A DNA stretch of 64,000 nucleotides, from contig OZ241831.1 of assembly GCA_965202585.1 (NCBI GenBank), positions 11,098,001-11,162,000 on the forward strand. Reading direction: 5' to 3'. The notes under the pieces were generated by a model that saw nothing but the letters and a program-made list of their open reading frames with translations, did not search any database and was not told the origin of the DNA. Each line of letters opens with the position of its first letter. Position 1 is the first letter of the stretch. This DNA is from Thalia democratica (taxonomy: Eukaryota). The position numbers and the translations under genes are program-made. This document shows, piece by piece, positions 51,801 through 64,000 of the stretch.

Positions 51801-54399
51801 AAATAAGGTTCTTTTTATTATGGAAAAAGCTAAAAACTTTTACGTGTTCTGCAAAACAAAGGAAGCTTAGTTGAAGTTAACACTGTTTAGTTTTAACTGG
51901 TCACAAAGTTTTTATAATTTTTAGTCACTTTGTTTTTTAAAACCTTTTTTAATAACATCATATCTTGTAATTGATATTGTTTTTAATTTGCAAACAAAAT
52001 TTATAAACAAGTAAAAACGCATACCAAAATGGAATAAATTACTATTTTATGTATTAATATTGTGTTTCAATATAGTTAAATATGAATATTTTTTAATTTT
52101 TATGAACTTTTATTTTAAGATTGCTTTTATTGTTTCATTTAGTTTTATAAAAGTACTAATGCAAAACTATGTTTTATTAAGTTTTCAAAGCACAAGTGAT
52201 TTATAACTTCTTACAATACCTACTTTTTAATATAAAATACACTTACTTAATAAACTTTTTGTATTAAATGCAAATTTTAACTTAAAACAAGAAAATAAGA
52301 TTCTATACAATTATCAAAATTTAAAAATTAAGATTTAAACGTTTATGCAATCTATTACAAAATTATTTTACCTTTTTAGAATAATTTTTATAAAAGAAAT
52401 ACTATCTACAAAAGTAGTATAGAACAAATCCTAATAAAAATATTTGATACTCGTTTCAAAGAGTGGTCTTTGTTTATTTTTAATTTTGTGCACTAAACGA
52501 TATACTATCGTGTGTTAATATATTTAAGTTTAGTTTTGTTAATTTAGCTGTTACTTTAACAACTACTACTTTTTTTAATTAATCAGTTTCTATAGGTTTA
52601 AAATAGTATATACAACGAAAAAGACTGAAGTCATCGCTAAAATAAAACTTTAGTGTTTATCTATTTATAAGAATCATTTTTGAAGAAACTTTATAGTATG
52701 TAGTAAGTACTGTTGTCTTTGTTATTTTTGGGTATAATTTCGCTATAAAATAAAGATTTTTTATACATATACTGTAGTCGTTTCTGATTTTTTTTCATTA
52801 TTCATACATTTCAAAGTATAAATGTTATTTCTATTAAATTTATACCAAAAGTACAACCAGTAAAAGTAAAAGTTATTTTAAATTTAGTAAAAATTGATTA
52901 CTTATAATTCGTACATCCAACGACTTGATTAAATGTCATGTTATTTTGAATTTGGTTTACTTTTTGGTACTAAGCAAACTATAAAAAAATTTTAAATTGC
53001 TTTTACTTTAGCTTAATTTTTTTGTTTTATGGTGAAATTTTGTGATCAGTAAATTAAAAACTGAAGTAAAGTGTTCTTTTTTAATAATATTTTTCTTATT
53101 TTAAATTAAGCTTTAAGTTTAAAATATTTCATAAACAAAACCATTTTTTTACAAATTTATCACAAATAAAACATTGTTTCAAAATCTCTACCATAACAAA
53201 TTGGTTACCCTCAAAAACATTTCAGAAAAGTTTAATTATTAAACAACTATACTACATCCTTTAATTAAAATTCTAGTTTGCCTAACACTTAGATCTAAGT
53301 AATTACTTACAAAAGTATAAATATTTAATGATACACTACTTTTTTGGAGTCAAAACTCTTGATTTGGACAAGTTAAAACATTTTTTTTAAACTAAAAGTA
53401 CAGTTTTATTTGAAATAACAAAATTCAACTACACTTGCTTTATAATCTTATGACGACCAAAAAAAAAACATTTTTAATCATAAAAAGTATTTTAGTGAGT
53501 AATAAGTTAATTGAAGCTTTAGTTTTCAACCTATTTTGATTACTTTTTTATAGAAAAACAATAGGCTTGTCTATGTAGAAAAAATCAACAAGTTTTAATA
53601 TTTATCCATGAATATATTTCGTAGTTATCAGTAGTTTCAAATAGGATTATTTTGTATCAAAAAGCCTCTAAAACTTTTTTAAGCTGTGAATCCTATATTA
53701 CTTTAATTTTTTTAATTATCAAAGTGTAAAATTTATTATTTCTAACTTTTTTCCGATTAACAAAATAGTATTTATATGTAGTTAAACGAATCTATTTTGT
53801 ATATATTTTTTTAGTTCGTTCCATGCTGTAGTTAATGTTACAATTTCTAAAAGATAGTTCAATAAAAGTCTTTGTTTGAAAAATTCTGTAAATAAATTTT
53901 TGATCCTATCATTTTTTTTTTTAAATCTCTGTTAATATAAACTAAGAAAAAGTTATCCCAATCAGTAGTATAGAATCAACCGAGTCAACTTAGTAGTTTT
54001 GTAATAGTTAACAGTATCACAAAAAACTAAATTAGAGTTGTTGGATTTGTTTTTAGACGCGTTTCTTTAAAGCAAAATAAATAATATAAAAACTTATTTT
54101 TATAATAAACTTAACTTTTTTTCATCAAAGGGAAGTCTAGAAGAAGACTATGCTGGACTTTTTCAGTTAACACTAAACTAAAAAAGATTTATTTAGTTAT
54201 GAATATAGTTTTCTACAATGTATGAATTTTTTAAAAAAATATATTTGTACTTAACTGAGAGAAAACTTTAAAAGGTTTCATCAATAAAATGTGTCAAATC
54301 GATTTTTGATTGTTGTAACTTACAACAAAAACAAATCTCAAAACTTACTACTACAATTTTACATACAGTTTTATTATTAAGAGAAAAAAAAGCGCTCGA

Positions 54400-56330
54400 A
54401 AATTTAGTCCAAGGACCTGGTGTACGAAAAAACCTTTTGGTTATCGAGTCATACACCAGGATACAGTTTAATGTTATGTCCAGGACAGCTTTAAAATAGT
54501 TCGCTGTTAAATGTTTTAAAAATCAAAATAGTTCCAGAAACTTTATAATGATTAAGTTGTCAATTAAATTTGATTTGAAATTAGGCAAAATTGTACTTGG
54601 CCCGCTGGAACATTTGTAGCTCTTGGTGCTTAAAAATTTTATTCTTCAAAGAAAAATCAAGAAGTTTTAAACCTAACAAATGAAAATGTTTATCCAAGTG
54701 ATTTGAGTCCAGATGTTTTAGAGAGTATAAAATTTTCTGTTAAACTTCCTTAAACAGTAATAAGTAAATTACTTTAGTTGTAAAACCAATTGTGAATAAA
54801 TGTTATAAGCGGATTGTAAGGTGTATTAGAATAAAAGAAAGTTCAGTTAAAACAAATTCAAGTGTTTCTCACAATAATTTAAATGAAAGAGGTAGTATCG
54901 CGAACAGTGATGCTAATTCCAAGAAGCATAAACCTAGAGTTGTTGTAACACTTGATGATGAAAATAAAGTCAAAGACCGTCTTTTGAAAAGAAGTAATAC
55001 AGTGATAAACAATGACCAGACTAAATTTCATGTGCCAACTACTATAAATTTTATTAAAAAAGTTGAACAGAAGTAGATAATTTGCAAAAAAGTGATAAAG
55101 GATCTAAATTTAGTGTAAAAAACAATAAAAGTTCGAACTAAAATTAACATAAGTTTTATAAAAAAGACAGGTGGAAAAATGGAAATTTAAGCTACATATT
55201 TGGAAGTTTCAACGACTTCAAAAGTTTCTGATAACAGTAAGAATGAAGTTAGTAAAAAGCCTGGAAGTCAAAAACTGATGCTAATTTAGTATTAACAAGA
55301 GAAAAAACTAAAAAAATTATTGATAAAGAAAAAATTCAGGACTTCAAAACGATAATAGACTTTTAGAATTAAGTTATTGTTGTAAATTTTCAAATTAAAG
55401 AGCTAAAAAAAGTTTTGATAGAACATGAAAAAAATAAAGTTAAACCTGAAAACGTTGTTAAGTTTTAAAATCAGAACAACTTAGTAACTGTCATAATAAT
55501 GATGATTTAACAAAAGTATCTATTTGAAAAAAGAGTTTTGGATGTTCTAATTTGAGGTGATAACATCGGTAAAACATTTGTTAATATTCGAAACTCAATA
55601 AACTTGTTTGAATTGATAAACGAATTTTAAGCAAACTTGATAAAATTTTCATAAGAATATGCCGAGCACTTAAATACACTACTTTATCATCCGACTTAAA
55701 GATTTTAAGGTTAAAAAAAACCGTCGATGACACTTTTAAACGATTTAAAACTATACGCACCTTTTTAGAAGATCATTTAAATAAGTTAGTTAGTGATGTC
55801 TTATTTTGAAATATATTTTAAAATTAATTACTGAGATGTTTTATTAAAAAACAATCTTCGTGGAGATAAGTTCTGTAAAAGCTTACAAAACTATCAAAAA
55901 CAACTTAGAAAAGCCATAAAAGAAATAGAAAACCCGAAAATTACAAACAAAGGTGTTACAAATTTGATGAACTGAATAAATTTTCTGATGATAAGTTAGT
56001 AAACCGAATTTTCAAGTGCGAAGTTGTTGTGTGGAAGATTTGTGTACCTCTACATTTGAGCTTCAGATTTATCTACCAATTAACTTAAAAGCAATTATAG
56101 ATTCTACAGTTGATTAGCAGAAACCTTACTAATGGTTAAAACAGTCAGATCCAACGTGAAAAACTCACTTTCACTCGAATGCGAAGAACTAAATGATTTG
56201 ACTGGAAATTTCTATTAATTTCTGGTGGATACTGATAAATAAGAGAGTGGACCGATCTATCAAATGCTGAAGGTATAGACGTAGTTTGAAAAATAGACTT
56301 TTTCGTTAGTAAATTTGATGGTGACTATTT
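54400..56330 (+). pseudogene. Decayed intronless reading frame of unknown origin
   Basis: Protein-like segments continue across stops and frameshifts (e.g. QNCTWPAGTFVALGA*KFYSSKKNQEVLNLTNENVYPSDLSPDVLESIKFSVKLP*, the 94-aa ORF 54792-55076, KIIDKEKIQDFKTIIDF, DKIFIRICRALKYTTLSSDLKILRLKK). No family recognised. Confidence 0.5.
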
Positions 56331-57691
56331 TATTTGTTTTCTGTCTTTAATCTGTTAACTATGATTATTTGGTTGAATTTTTTTAGTTTGTGCATTTGTT
56401 TGGTTTTATTGACACCTTTGTTATGTTTGATGTTCAATACAAATTACTTATGATAAGTGAACTTCTTTTATTTAATTCGTCAATAAGCTATAAAAAATTG
56501 AGAAGTTATTTAAAAAGTTTACTAGCCTACAGAACATTGAATAATAGTTACAAAAAACCATATGTTATAAATTTAAAGTAACATCCAAACTTTTCGTATC
56601 TCATATAGTAAGTAATTATTAACAGTTTTTGAAACATATAGACAAAATTATGTAATTTGCTACAAGGCGATGTAATTTTTATACGAGTGTTAGTTTAAAA
56701 TTTATTTATTTCCAATATTATAAATCCAGACCTTAATAGATATTCATTAAAACAAAGTATTTTTTGATATATACCAGTTTCTTTAAAAATCAAGATATTT
56801 TTTAGATGATTATCTATAACGAAATTTTTACCTTCAAGTATTTTATATGGAGTATTTTTATCTGACACAAAATTTAAAATAAATATTATAACATACTTTT
56901 TTTGTTGACCATTACACAACTTTTTAGTAGATTAGGTGTAAGCATTGTGACTATAATAAAGCAAAAACCAGCAGGGATAATTGTTAAAATATCCAAGTAC
57001 AACATTCGATGTAACTCAAACAAAAATAACTAAAACTATCCAATTGTGTGTAATTATAACTGGAATACTAATAACTTTGTTAACAAAAGTCAATGCAATA
57101 AGCAATACTTTCAAAGAAAAACTTTTTAAATTTTACTGGATCTGAACTTAAAAAATTTGAAAACGTTAGTATTTTTTTATGCCATTTCATAAAAAAAGTT
57201 AGTTATTTATTAAATATATTATTGTATTAACTTTAATTATAGGTTGTTTAAAAAATTGATTTTAATAATATTAAAAAACTTAACATATAACTAAAACTAA
57301 ATTATTTTCAAACTATGTTTAATGAACTAATTTTAAATTCAAAAAATCAATTAAATTAAATTAAATAAAGTGCACGGCTAAAATTCAGTTAAACCTAAAC
57401 ACTTAATTAAGAATCATTTTTTAGTTTATATACATCTATGAGTAATATTACTACAGTTTTTTTTTAGAATTTAATAATATGCTGTATAAGCTAATATTAC
57501 TTATAATATAATTTAATAAAAATTAACCTCTTAATAATTACAGTAGACAATACCGTAACATATATTTCACAGTAAAAAGTATATAAAACAGTGTTGAAAA
57601 CAGCTAAGATTAAATAGCAACATTGAAATAAACTTTAAAAATAAACAGTGCTTGTGTAGGATAAAATAATAAAACATTTGATATAAACATT

Positions 57692-57781
57692 TCATTCTAG
57701 CTCATCATCGTCAATAATTTCTATTTTAGGCTTGAATGTGGTCGGTTTGTCATCTATTATTTCGATTCTTGGCTTAGTGAC
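57692..57781 (-). CDS. DNAAF1: DNAAF1 last coding exon ([29 protein letters not shown])
   Basis: TACAAG| acceptor, phase 0, TGA ends at 57692. Confidence 0.82.
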   Translation of the reverse strand, partial: VTKPRIEIIDDKPTTFKPKIEIIDDDELE

Positions 57782-60700
57782 CTTGTACAAAAATATTGAC
57801 ATGTTGGCACTAATTTACAAACTAATGCATCTTTAGCGAAGTATTTTAATTTTCTACTAACAGTAGAAAAGTTTTATAGATATTCGCTACAAAAAAATAT
57901 GTTTTGCAGGTTTTGTAATTTATAAAACCGCTAAACTTGAAAAGTACGTTAATTAGTATATTGAAGTACATAAAGATTATTAAAAAATAATAATAAAAAC
58001 AAACGATTTGATTGTTGAGGATGTTTTCTTCTTCTTGCAATTGAGACACATCAATTTCTTCGAGATCAGGCAAGTCATCGAGATTTATCAATTCTTCATT
58101 TGCATCTTCCTTATCAGAACTGTACGAGTCTGTATTACAGTTTATTTTAATCGTAGCTTTGTTTCAACTTATCGCAAAAACATCTATAAAAGATTGTTAA
58201 AACTAAATATTATTGGTCGGCTTATAAAATAAAATATTGAATTGTTTTAAGACACTATTGCAGTTATCTAACTAGGTATCTTTAATGAATCTATAAACAA
58301 AAAATTATTCTATTTTCCTGAAAGTCTAAATCAGGTTTTGTGTACTTTCTAGTGATCAGCTTTAAAAAAACTACTTTAATTTCAATACTAATAAAATTTA
58401 ATATTAAAACTAACAAACCAGAACTGATAGTTTCACAATCATCAATGTCGTCTGGATCGCTTACCGTTTTCTTTGTTACGTCATAATCCATATCGACTCC
58501 TTCTATTTTGTAATCAAACATTTTAGCCGGCTCCACAGTGCTTTTCTCCACTACAAGTTGTTAGAATAATAAAATTTAAGAAAAAGCTGTTAACAAATAT
58601 ACTTAGAGTAATTACAAAAGCAGGTTGTTAGTGTTTCTAATATGCTTTTTTTTAATTTTTAACATTTTTGAAGAAAATAGTGCTACATTTTTACAAAACT
58701 AGTAAAAACAGTATTTATTAATTTGAAACACAAAAATCATTTTTTTAAGAAGCTAGTTTAAAAAATCGTAGAAAGTATTGTATAATGACAAGATGAAAAT
58801 AGTCAAACTTATCTGTCCAACTTTACATTGAGAAATATTTTTAAACATGAAAAAATCTTACTTTCCCTGCCTTCAAGTCTGCGTTTTTCCTCAGCTTTCT
58901 CACGAATGTGTCTCAAATAGTTGATGCTGGCCTGAAATAAATAAACGTGTCGGCAAAGTTAATCATTTAACGTAACAAATAGCATCAAGTTATAGAAAAT
59001 TAATTATTTAACGCATTAAAAATGTAAAACAAAAACAAGTCCAAATTTCTAATTAAGAGGCAAAATATAATTTTATTAAAAAATTCAGCAAACATCGATT
59101 TTGGCGCGATCTTTCTTGTTCCACTCCTCATGCTCCCTCCTTTCCGCCTCCCTGCCTCCAACATCCCACGCCTCCGCACACGCTCGATCACGGGGAAAAA
59201 CCGGTCTTGAAAGTATATGTTTACAATATGTGGTCTATAATGTTTAGCATACTTAAGTAAGTGTTATTTTTTGTAAGATTTTCTAGTATGTGATAGAAGT
59301 GGCTCACGACTCATGCTATAGTCAATTAAAAAGTTTTTTAAATTGTAACTATTAGCTATTTGAATTTGAAATCGCTTATTTACTTAGTAGTCTGAAAAAC
59401 TAAGGGAAGACAAGTTTAACTACAAATATCTACTTTTGTGTATAAAGAATTTTTATTTTACAAGATAGCTTTTAAATATTGAAATTAATAAAAAATATCG
59501 ATGAAGGTATAAAGAAATAAGAAAGTTTTCAAGAAATAGAACAACTATTTTTTGTAAGTAAAATAACAATATGCTTTTACTGTAAGTATATAGTTGATCT
59601 TGGTTAAATAATTATATGTATTTTGTATAATTTAAATATTAGTTTAATTAAAAAAACTTTTATAGAAACTGTGTTGGTAACTATTCAAATTATTCTAAAT
59701 TTTAAAAAATCAAAACTAAGTTTTTATAACAAACTGTTTAAGGATTATATTTTAAGAAATATAAACATTTTTATGAGTATATAAATTATTCAATTTAATT
59801 TAATATCTTAAAACCAAAAAACAAATAAAGCTATTAAAAATATAAAGCATTTTTTTTGTGTAGAATAAATGGCTGAAACTAATAAAAGATGATTAGTAAT
59901 GGTTTTATTAAGAAAATTAATTTATCACTATAGAAACAAGTTATAAAATAAGCTGGCTAGTCAAACAAAGTTATTTATTTTACAAGGTGTTATTGTTATC
60001 TTGATCAAAAAATACAAACGTTCTATTGTTTTTATTAATTGTTAAACCAGCTGTAGCCATCAAACAAAACACAACAGAACAATTTATCATAATGACACTT
60101 CAACTTTTACAAACTTTGACACCTTCAGCAAATAGAAAAGTTGAAAAACTGCAACTTTCAATAAGCACAAGTTCTTTGTAAATAAAAAAGCTTTTTCTAG
60201 TAACCATGCAAATGGGAAAAGTGTTGCGGTTTGCTTGCTTCTTTAAACACGAAACATTTGTATTGAACAAATGGGAGAGTATTTTTAGCATGGAGATAAC
60301 AATAACAATTGACGGTGATATTTTCACAATGCCCTTGTAGCAACGCAATTTTTGTAGTGTAATTTGTAACAATAAGTGACAACTTTTCATAACCTTGCCT
60401 TCAAGACTTGTTACTTGGCGAAACTGATTCACAAAAATGTTTTACAGTTTTCTTGTATGAGACTATAAACAATATTTTTTTTTACTTTCAAATCATTCCA
60501 CAAAATAAAAATATTTTTTTTTATCAAACAGGTTAAAGTAAAAACTTTAATTTTATAAATAGATTTGAATTGTTATGCAGCTTATATGAAAAAAAATAAC
60601 AAACTTACTTTAGCTTCTAAAAACATATTTGTTGTACTTCGAAATATGAAGTTTAAAACAAACAGTCTGAAAAGGATCAGTAGCAAAAATCAAGACAAAT

Positions 60701-63700
60701 ATTATTGTTAAAAAAGTAGAAGAAAAAAAATTAAAAACAAACAACCATATTTATCAAGAAGTTGAAAACTTTATTAACACTTCAAAATGTCTAGGCACGT
60801 TTTAAGTGTCAATCAAACTAACAGAGACATAACTTATTGAGATAAGTACAATTCTTAAAATTAAGCAATAAAACAAAAAATAATAAAAGTTATGTATTAC
60901 ATACTTACCTAGGAGAAAATTTAAAACAACAATCAACTCATAGCTGTATCAAAACAGAATGTCAGCGCTTTCAAAAAATAACAATATATGATATTGCACA
61001 AGCTAGTAACAATGTCACAACAAAGAGATATAAAAACTTAACCTCATAAAAAACGTTATTAACAAGCTTAAAAAGCTTGAGTTCTACATAATATATATTG
61101 AGATCAAAAACTTTATTTTTTAACATCAAAAACAATTACAACCAAGCTTAAAGTAACTGACCTGTCATCTAGATAAGTGAGTCTCTTCAGTCTGACAATC
61201 ATCTTTTTTCTATAAAACCTAATCTTCTTTATTACTGGATTTCCACTCAAGTTTAGTACTTTCTATACAAAAATTACAAACTTTATTGTACAGATACGAT
61301 CTTATTTGCTAAAACTAAATACAAGTTAAAGCTATTTAAACAGTTTTTTTTTTATCTTATTTATTTAATAAATAAATTCATATCTTACTAATCACTATTT
61401 AACTATAAAATTCCTGGGTGTACTTAAAATTTTCACGGTAACAAACAATATAAATTTTTTAATTCAGTTTATTTTCTTTTATAAAAACTATAAAAAAACA
61501 CCTTTTTATATATATACATATATGTAAAAAGGTCAAGACGCATATTAAACGCAGAAACAGCTGTCCCAAGCAAAAGTTTATTTTGTGTATTTTAGTTCTA
61601 TATATATATATAGAGGTTTAGTTTACTTATTATATAAACATTCCTTGACACGTACTAAAATTGTTGACTTTTAAGCAATAAAATTAGTAGCATGAATGTT
61701 TGATAAATGATACCATAATCTAAGAACAAAATAAAGCAATTTTACAAAACAATTGCCTTTAATTTTGTATAAACATTATAAAAAAGAGATTCACGAAAAA
61801 TCAATAGTTTATCAAACATCTAAATTGTGCATACAGCAAATATCTATAAGTAAAAATATAATTTTAATAATCGAAACATACTTATGCGTTAATTTAATAA
61901 AAACTCAACAAACCAGTCCCTTCATATTTTCCAGAACTTGCACAACATTTTCGTCTTCAATTTTGTTGTTAGAAATATCCAGACAGCTGAGATTATCCAG
62001 CTCGGTCAGATGCTCCAAGTCCTCATAGCTTTGCAGGAAATTGTTTGATATCTGCAACGTCTCTAGTAGAGGACAACACGCTGTTGAAATATTTAAAATT
62101 TTTGATGTTTTTCTGATTTATTTGAAAATATTTCTAGTTTTTATTCACAAAAAAATTAAAACATACGAATTTAGTAGTGTAAAACTACTTACAAAGATTT
62201 TCAATTTTAAGGATTTGGTTGTTACACAAGTTTAAAACTCTCAGATCCCGTAGTGTGTCAAGACCTTGAATTTTATCGATCAAGTTTTGTTGTAAGTACA
62301 GGCATCTGTTAGAATAATTGTGTAAGTTTGAGACAAGTCGAGTGTCTTATTGTAGCACATAAATTTAACAAGGTTGTTGTTGTTAATCCTCAAGAAATAG
62401 ATAGTTTATATTTTAACTCTTAAATAAAATTTAGCTAAACTTTATGCAAACTTTATAAAACATTTTTTAAAACTATAACAAATACTACAATAAAAATATA
62501 ATTTTATTTTAAAAAACTATAATCTAAAATCATTGAAATAGATAGCATAAACCTTTAAATTTGCAATAAAATAACACACTTTTGTAGAAAATTTATGCAA
62601 CAGTTTCTAGGTCTAACTACCTTAAGTTAACAAGCTTTTCAATGTTTTCAATTTTTTTCAACCCATTAACTTCAAGCCACAAGCATTTAAGTCCTGTGTA
62701 TTCTTCTAAGTTTTCTATTTTCCACCAACCTTAAATTTCATATTCATAAATAATCATGAACTAATTATTAATTCCTTTAACTTTTAAATTGTATAAAAAT
62801 AGTATAAAGTTTTGTGTTTTTAAACATCTCTTTATGTTATAAATTTTTTCAGTTCAATGTAGATTTGTAACATAAGTATTATATACAACAAACAATGTAT
62901 AAGTACTCATAACACAGTAAACCTTTATAGTGTAAGTAGAGAGTGTCGTTAAGGTATGGAGTCGTATAAAGTTTGTGCTTGACACAAATTTCTCTCAATG
63001 ACTTCTTTGTCATTCTGTTCAGAAAGTATTATTATGAACTACTAAGGTATGGCAATATCATTGAATTTTCAAAAGCCATGATAACAATTTAATAATTAAT
63101 ACAATAAATTTTCAAGGCACTCTGAACCTTTAAAGTTTCATTAGTTTTAAAAGTTTATTAATTGAAGTATTACTTCACAATATTATAAATAAATAATGTA
63201 AAATTTTGTTGCCAAATAAAATACACTTTTATTCTTTTTATTTTAGATTCATATTCCAAAACTTATTAAAACCGCAAAAAAAAATAGAACTAATTATTAA
63301 TACTTTTTTCAGGTATGCTATTTAGCAAAAACAATACTTTAAGAAAGTATTAGTTTGAAAAATGAACAATAAAATTTTCTAAACATTTTTCAAGTTACAG
63401 GTACATTAGATAGTTGTTTGCTCTTTCCTTTTCATAAAAATAATTGTATATTTAAATACATTTTATAATTGATTTAGCTCATGTTTGATGTTTCAATTAA
63501 ACGTAGAAACAAATATTATGTTGCTGTAATTAAAAAGAAACTTACAGTAAAAAAACAACTATAAGACTTGAAGTTGTTAAAATAACCAAGCCCAAACTAG
63601 CAAAATTAACCTTAGTACAAGTATGATATGTTCTATTCTTAGTGTAAGAATATACAAAAAAACATCACGATACCATAAAAACATTTTATGTTTTTGTAGT

Positions 63701-64000
63701 AATTTATTTATTTACATTTAATTTAATCAAGTAGAGTTTCACTACAAATTTTTCTTCTAATTTATTACTTTAAAAATTAATTAAGTAGTATATCAAGTAG
63801 GATTTTATTTCTATAAACAAATAAAGTAAATGAATTTTAATTGATAAAAATACAACAAACTTAGGAAAACTGTTTTCAAATTCTTTTTCCTTCCTAACCC
63901 TTTCCTCTTCCTCCCTTTTCAACGTGTCTTCATCTTTCTCCTCGTCTTTCTTCTGATCCTTCATCTTTTCAGCGTACTTCTTCAACAGATCTTCACCCCA
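57692..64000 (-). CDS. DNAAF1: Dynein axonemal assembly factor 1 (LRRC50/ODA7 family), 5'-incomplete; 11 exons: 64000-63861, 63014-62923, 62729-62621, 62305-62193, 62080-61914, 61262-61162, 59205-59094, 58931-58862, 58550-58419, 58129-58005, 57781-57692
   Basis: All junctions are GT-AG and phase-consistent. The translation ...[57 protein letters not shown]...[45 protein letters not shown]... matches the SDS22-like LRRs, LRR cap and [16 protein letters not shown] motif recalled for DNAAF1. Acidic tail contains DDLPDLEE. Confidence 0.93.
58005..58129 (-). CDS. DNAAF1: DNAAF1 exon (DSYSSDKE...[11 protein letters not shown]...NQI)
   Basis: ATACAG| acceptor, ATC|GTTTGT donor. Confidence 0.85.
58419..58550 (-). 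CDS. DNAAF1: DNAAF1 exon (MEKSTVEP...ETISS)
   Basis: TTGTAG| acceptor, G|GTTTGT donor; phases are continuous. Confidence 0.82.
58862..58931 (-). CDS. DNAAF1: DNAAF1 exon ([23 protein letters not shown])
   Basis: TTTCAG| acceptor, A|GTAAGA donor. Confidence 0.88.
59094..59205 (-). CDS. DNAAF1: DNAAF1 exon ([14 protein letters not shown]...RAKID)
   Basis: TTTCAAG| acceptor, GAT|GTTTGC donor. Confidence 0.92.
61162..61262 (-). CDS. DNAAF1: DNAAF1 LRR-cap exon ([10 protein letters not shown]...LTYLDD)
   Basis: TGTATAG| acceptor, AG|GTCAGT donor. Confidence 0.92.
61914..62080 (-). CDS. DNAAF1: DNAAF1 LRR exon ([14 protein letters not shown]...NMKGL)
   Basis: TCAACAG| acceptor, CTG|GTTTGT donor. 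Confidence 0.92.
62193..62305 (-). CDS. DNAAF1: DNAAF1 LRR exon ([16 protein letters not shown]...KIENL)
   Basis: TAACAG| acceptor, T|GTAAGT donor. Confidence 0.92.
62621..62729 (-). CDS. DNAAF1: DNAAF1 LRR exon ([24 protein letters not shown]...)
   Basis: TTTAAG| acceptor, AG|GTAGTT donor. Confidence 0.92.
62923..63014 (-). CDS. DNAAF1: DNAAF1 exon ([10 protein letters not shown]...LYLHYK)
   Basis: GAACAG| acceptor, G|GTTTAC donor. Confidence 0.92.
63861..64000 (-). CDS. DNAAF1: DNAAF1 exon, truncated by the window edge ([16 protein letters not shown]...ENSFPK)
   Basis: Open frame to donor AA|GTTTGT; phase matches the next exon. Confidence 0.85.

Noticed and set aside
1-64000. tRNA, rRNA, snRNA, conserved miRNA or CRISPR array
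   Set aside because: No cloverleaf/box A-B pattern, rRNA motif, recognisable conserved miRNA or repeat-spacer array was seen by eye; a covariance-model search was not run.

Overview
Very AT-rich (roughly 20-25% GC by eye) animal genomic DNA; the species cannot be identified from sequence alone. It contains two spliced genes, both on the minus strand and both largely missed by the ORF track. (1) A complete four-exon goosecoid (gsc) gene, CDS 31335-23422, 366 aa, with a K50 PRD-class homeodomain, an eh1-like motif, a TATA promoter and a probable ~2.3 kb 3'UTR. (2) The 3' eleven exons of DNAAF1/LRRC50 (dynein axonemal assembly factor 1), 64000-57692, with its 5' end outside the window. No other intact gene was found, so gsc sits in a gene desert of at least ~57 kb. 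That desert is dotted with CpG-rich non-coding islands (candidate enhancers, two with dense K50 homeodomain-site clusters), many non-autonomous DNA transposons (hAT-like, one Kolobok-like, one hairpin MITE, several nested) and one decayed ~1.9 kb reading frame of unknown origin. The most interesting signals are a probable K50 (auto)regulatory module in gsc intron 1, a W56H change in the Gsc recognition helix, exon-restricted GC3 spikes, GTTT-type splice donors and an open alternative frame in gsc exon 4. No tRNA, rRNA or CRISPR array was seen. All exon calls are manual and checked for GT-AG and phase continuity; no database search was run.
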